Below are positions 61,182-64,000 of a stretch of 64,000 nt of DNA, piece by piece. The notes below the pieces were generated by a model. That model saw only the letters and a program-made list of their open reading frames with translations. It made no database searches and had not been told where the DNA came from. Position 1 is the stretch's first letter. The number at the start of each line of letters is the position of its first letter. The stretch lies in contig CAVSAC010000012.1 in assembly GCA_963725865.1 (NCBI GenBank), positions 128,001-192,000 of the forward strand. Reading direction: 5' to 3'. Made by a program: the position numbers and the translations under genes. This stretch comes from Candidatus Eiseniibacteriota bacterium. GTDB taxonomy: Bacteria; Eisenbacteria; RBG-16-71-46.

Positions 61182-63518
61182 CTAGCGCTTGTGCTCGGGC
61201 GGATCTGCGTCCTTGCGCTCCTCGCGGCGCTGCGCGGGCGTGGGCTTCTGCGCCGGCGGCGGAGCCGGGGCAGGCGGCGGCGTCGCGTGCGCTTCGTCGC
61301 GGTTCGCGCGCTCGCGGGCGTGATACTCGCGCTCGAGGTTGCCGGGCTTGGGAGCGGGCGCCGGTTGCACGGGGACCGGTTTGGGGGCGTGGCGCGGCTG
61401 CTCCTCGCTCACCGGCGGCGCCTGCACGGGCATCGGCCGCGGCGCCGGACGCTCCGCGCGCGGATTCTCCCCGCGATTTCCGCCGTCGGTCGTCCCGCCG
61501 CCGGAACCTGGCGGGTTGGGCGGGGTCAAGGGCAGGGCGGTCCGCTTCCACTTGCGCCCCTCGTTCACCTTCCACTTGCCGTGCTCGTCCCGCCGGTAGA
61601 CCTTGCCGTCCTGGCCCGCGAAGACGTCGTTCGGGAGCTCGCTCGGCTGGGTGGCGGGCGGCCCGAGCTGGCGGATGGGCAGGCGCGTCGCAGCACGATC
61701 CACGCGCACGACGTTATCGGGGCGGTTGTAGATGTTCGTCGGCGCGCGATCCGTCTCGCCCGGCCGCGGCGGGCGGACAGGCCGCGTTCGCACCAGGGTT
61801 CGATCCGCGCCCAGCAAGGGCCGACGGTAGCCACCGGGGCCGAACCACATCGGTGGCCTGCCGCGCCAGGCGTGATGCTGCGAGGAGTGCCAGCGGGTGC
61901 CGGTCCGGAGGAATCCCGACCAGTAGCTGCAGCCGAAGCTCCAGCGGCTGAGCCACGGGTTGTAGCGGGGGTAGAAGCCCCAGGTGGCGGGTCGCGGGTA
62001 GAAGTGGTGCCGGCCCCGCCACGGCCGGTAGTGATGCCCGGTCCCGTAGTAGACCGTGCCGTAGTACGGATAGCAGCCAACGTAGCCGGGCACGTACCCG
62101 GTGTAGATCACGTCGGGAGTCGAGTCGTAGACGTACACGTACATCACGTTGTACACGGGACAGCTGGGCGGGATGTCCTCCAGCCCCTGCGGCCGCGCGT
62201 CGCTCACGCGCCATGGACCGTCGGGCCGGTCGGAGACGTACCAGACCCCCTGATCGCACGCGTAGTAGCGCCCATCGTCGAGGATGACCTCGGCGTCGGT
62301 GTTGACCGCGTACTCCAAATCCGTGCCCTCGATCGGCTCGAACTGCGGGTCTCCGTCATACACGACCTCGAAGCCGCTGGCGTCGCGCCGGATCGCGCTG
62401 GTCTGCGGGATCTCGGCATCGGCGACCGCGTCGTCCGCCTGGTCGGTGCCCGCCACGCTCGCCAGGATGTTCCCCTTCGGCGAGTCGGCCGGGACGCGCT
62501 TGAAGCTCGCCGGCAGCTCGTCGCCGCGCACGAAGGTCCACGGCCCCCGGGTCGAGGCGGCCTGGTACCAGCGGCCCGCGAGCAGCACGTACACGGCCTG
62601 CGAACTCACCTCGAGGACCACGTCACTCTCGGTGTTGGTGACGTACAGCAGCTCGTCGCCGACCAGCGGCGAGTAGCGCGGCGGTCCGTCGGTGGAGATC
62701 AGCTCGGTGGGCTCGGTGGCGGTGACCACGCGCGGCGTCGGACCCGCGAAGCGATCGACGGATGCGGTGTCGGGCGGCACCAGGTCGCGCACCGCGGACG
62801 GCGGATCGGCGATGGCGGCCCACGGACCGAGCGGGTCCTTGGCCGTGTACCAGAGGTTCGCGCCGTTCAGGTAGTAGTCGCCCCGCGACGGGTCGAAGAC
62901 CACCGCGTAAGGGGTGTTCGAGACGAACTCGAAGCTGGAGCCCTCGATCGGCTCGAGCGTGGGCGCGCCCTCGTACGCGATCAGGATCGCACGCTCGGGC
63001 ACGAACAGGATGTGCGGCGGGGTGTTGTCCAGGCCCGCGACGCTCGCGCGCTCGCGCTCGGTCGCCGCCAGCTGCGCCTGCAACTCCTCGAGCGAGCCCG
63101 TGAGGTCCCACTGCACGGCCTCCTGCTCGATGAGCTGCTCGTAGCGGCTCGACTGGTCGGGCGTGATGCCCGGCAGCCGCACCCGGGTGACGTCGAGGCT
63201 GCGCGCCGCGACCGTGCTGCTGTCGCGGTCGATGTCCACGCGCTCGGTGAACCACAGCACGCCGAACGTCGGACTGGCGTTCGGCGTCCGCTGCAGCGAG
63301 AACGCGGCGCGACTGCTGAGCAGGTCGTGGCTCAGGTCTTCGGCCTGCGGCTGGTAGATCACGATCGCCCCGCTCGAGGATTCGACCTGGCGCGGCCAGC
63401 CGGGCACGTCGGCGCGCGCCGAGGCGGCGAGCGCGAGCGCCGCGGCCACCGCGAGCACGGGCAGGAGCTGGGGAACGCCGGAGCGCTTGCGCGACCGGAC
63501 CATTCGCGGCGATGGCAT
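61182..63518 (-). CDS. Large exported conserved hypothetical protein with three internal repeats and a Pro/Arg-rich tail
   Basis: Signal peptide (ARA), WPR..IYQPQ, three NT..Y..W..GPW repeats and a Tyr-rich block. Confidence 0.75.
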   Translation of the reverse strand: MPSPRMVRSRKRSGVPQLLPVLAVAAALALAASARADVPGWPRQVESSSGAIVIYQPQAEDLSHDLLSSRAAFSLQRTPNASPTFGVLWFTERVDIDRDSSTVAARSLDVTRVRLPGITPDQSSRYEQLIEQEAVQWDLTGSLEELQAQLAATERERASVAGLDNTPPHILFVPERAILIAYEGAPTLEPIEGSSFEFVSNTPYAVVFDPSRGDYYLNGANLWYTAKDPLGPWAAIADPPSAVRDLVPPDTASVDRFAGPTPRVVTATEPTELISTDGPPRYSPLVGDELLYVTNTESDVVLEVSSQAVYVLLAGRWYQAASTRGPWTFVRGDELPASFKRVPADSPKGNILASVAGTDQADDAVADAEIPQTSAIRRDASGFEVVYDGDPQFEPIEGTDLEYAVNTDAEVILDDGRYYACDQGVWYVSDRPDGPWRVSDARPQGLEDIPPSCPVYNVMYVYVYDSTPDVIYTGYVPGYVGCYPYYGTVYYGTGHHYRPWRGRHHFYPRPATWGFYPRYNPWLSRWSFGCSYWSGFLRTGTRWHSSQHHAWRGRPPMWFGPGGYRRPLLGADRTLVRTRPVRPPRPGETDRAPTNIYNRPDNVVRVDRAATRLPIRQLGPPATQPSELPNDVFAGQDGKVYRRDEHGKWKVNEGRKWKRTALPLTPPNPPGSGGGTTDGGNRGENPRAERPAPRPMPVQAPPVSEEQPRHAPKPVPVQPAPAPKPGNLEREYHARERANRDEAHATPPPAPAPPPAQKPTPAQRREERKDADPPEHKR

Positions 63519-63859
63519 GGGATGCCTTTCGGGCTGGATGTCGGGGAGCGATCTCGAGGCGCGAACCTCGGATGCGGACCCTACACCCGCGCGGCGAGGA
63601 AGACACGCCCGGTCGCCGCCGCCGGCGGGCCGGGGGGATGTGTTCCGCGGGCCCGAATTCACGGCGGCCAGCGACCGTCCGTTTGCGTCGAACTCGGCGG
63701 AACGGCCGACGTCATCGCGGGGTCACGAGCGAGGGACATTCCCCGTTGCTTCGACCCCGGCGCGAACGCTAGTCTGTCCCACGTCCACGGCCGCGTGATC
63801 GGAATCGCCCCTCATCCGCTGACGCCCTGTCGCGCCCGACCGGCGCGGCGCGCCCTACC

Positions 63860-64000
63860 ATGGAATCCACCGCGACCATCACGATCTTCGTCCCCGGCGT
63901 CCTGCGCGAGTACTGCAACGGCGCCGCGAATCTCTCCGCCGCGGGGGCCAACGTGCGCGCGGTGCTCGCCGAGCTCGAGCGAGACCACGCACCCCTGTAC
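63860..64000 (+). CDS. MoaD/ThiS family protein, 3'-truncated by the window edge
   Basis: ITIFVPGVLREYCNG....GANVRAVLAELER.H..L is a ubiquitin-like N-terminus. Confidence 0.7.
   Translation, partial: MESTATITIFVPGVLREYCNGAANLSAAGANVRAVLAELERDHAPLY

Noticed and set aside
63790..63860. Fluoride or Moco riboswitch before the MoaD-like gene
   Set aside because: Only loose resemblance (GTGATCGGAATCGCC..GCTGACGCC). The conserved pairings could not be built.

Overview
Very GC-rich bacterial chromosomal segment. The gene content points to Candidatus Eisenbacteria or a related FCB-type lineage (inference): four Hanks-type Ser/Thr kinases, an FG-GAP protein with a T9SS/FlgD-like C-terminal domain, DUF3160 and a DUF222-like HNH gene. 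Main content: cnoX-like thioredoxin, ettA, CDGSH and SURF1 genes, acnA, a run of small housekeeping genes, PPi-dependent phosphofructokinase, an expanded kdp locus (small ORF, kdpFABC, outer-membrane barrel, mgtE, kdpDE), a TolC/MFP/RND/PII-like/DUF2892 operon divergent from an ECF sigma factor with a fused Cys-rich zinc finger, a Tat-tagged AtzG-like small protein plus amidase, a Met-rich lipoprotein, a 14-repeat FG-GAP protein, an HNH selfish-type gene and a three-kinase operon. No rRNA, tRNA, CRISPR array, integrase or transposase was seen. Many genes carry single-base frameshifts in patches, most likely consensus errors. The best candidates for undescribed biology are (1) twin hairpins with identical CCUGUGU loops in the acnA leader, (2) probable Tat hitchhiker export of an amidase by an AtzG-like subunit, (3) the ECF-zinc-finger/RND module, and (4) the accessory genes and the structured mgtE leader in the kdp locus. 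Family assignments come from motif recognition, not database searches.
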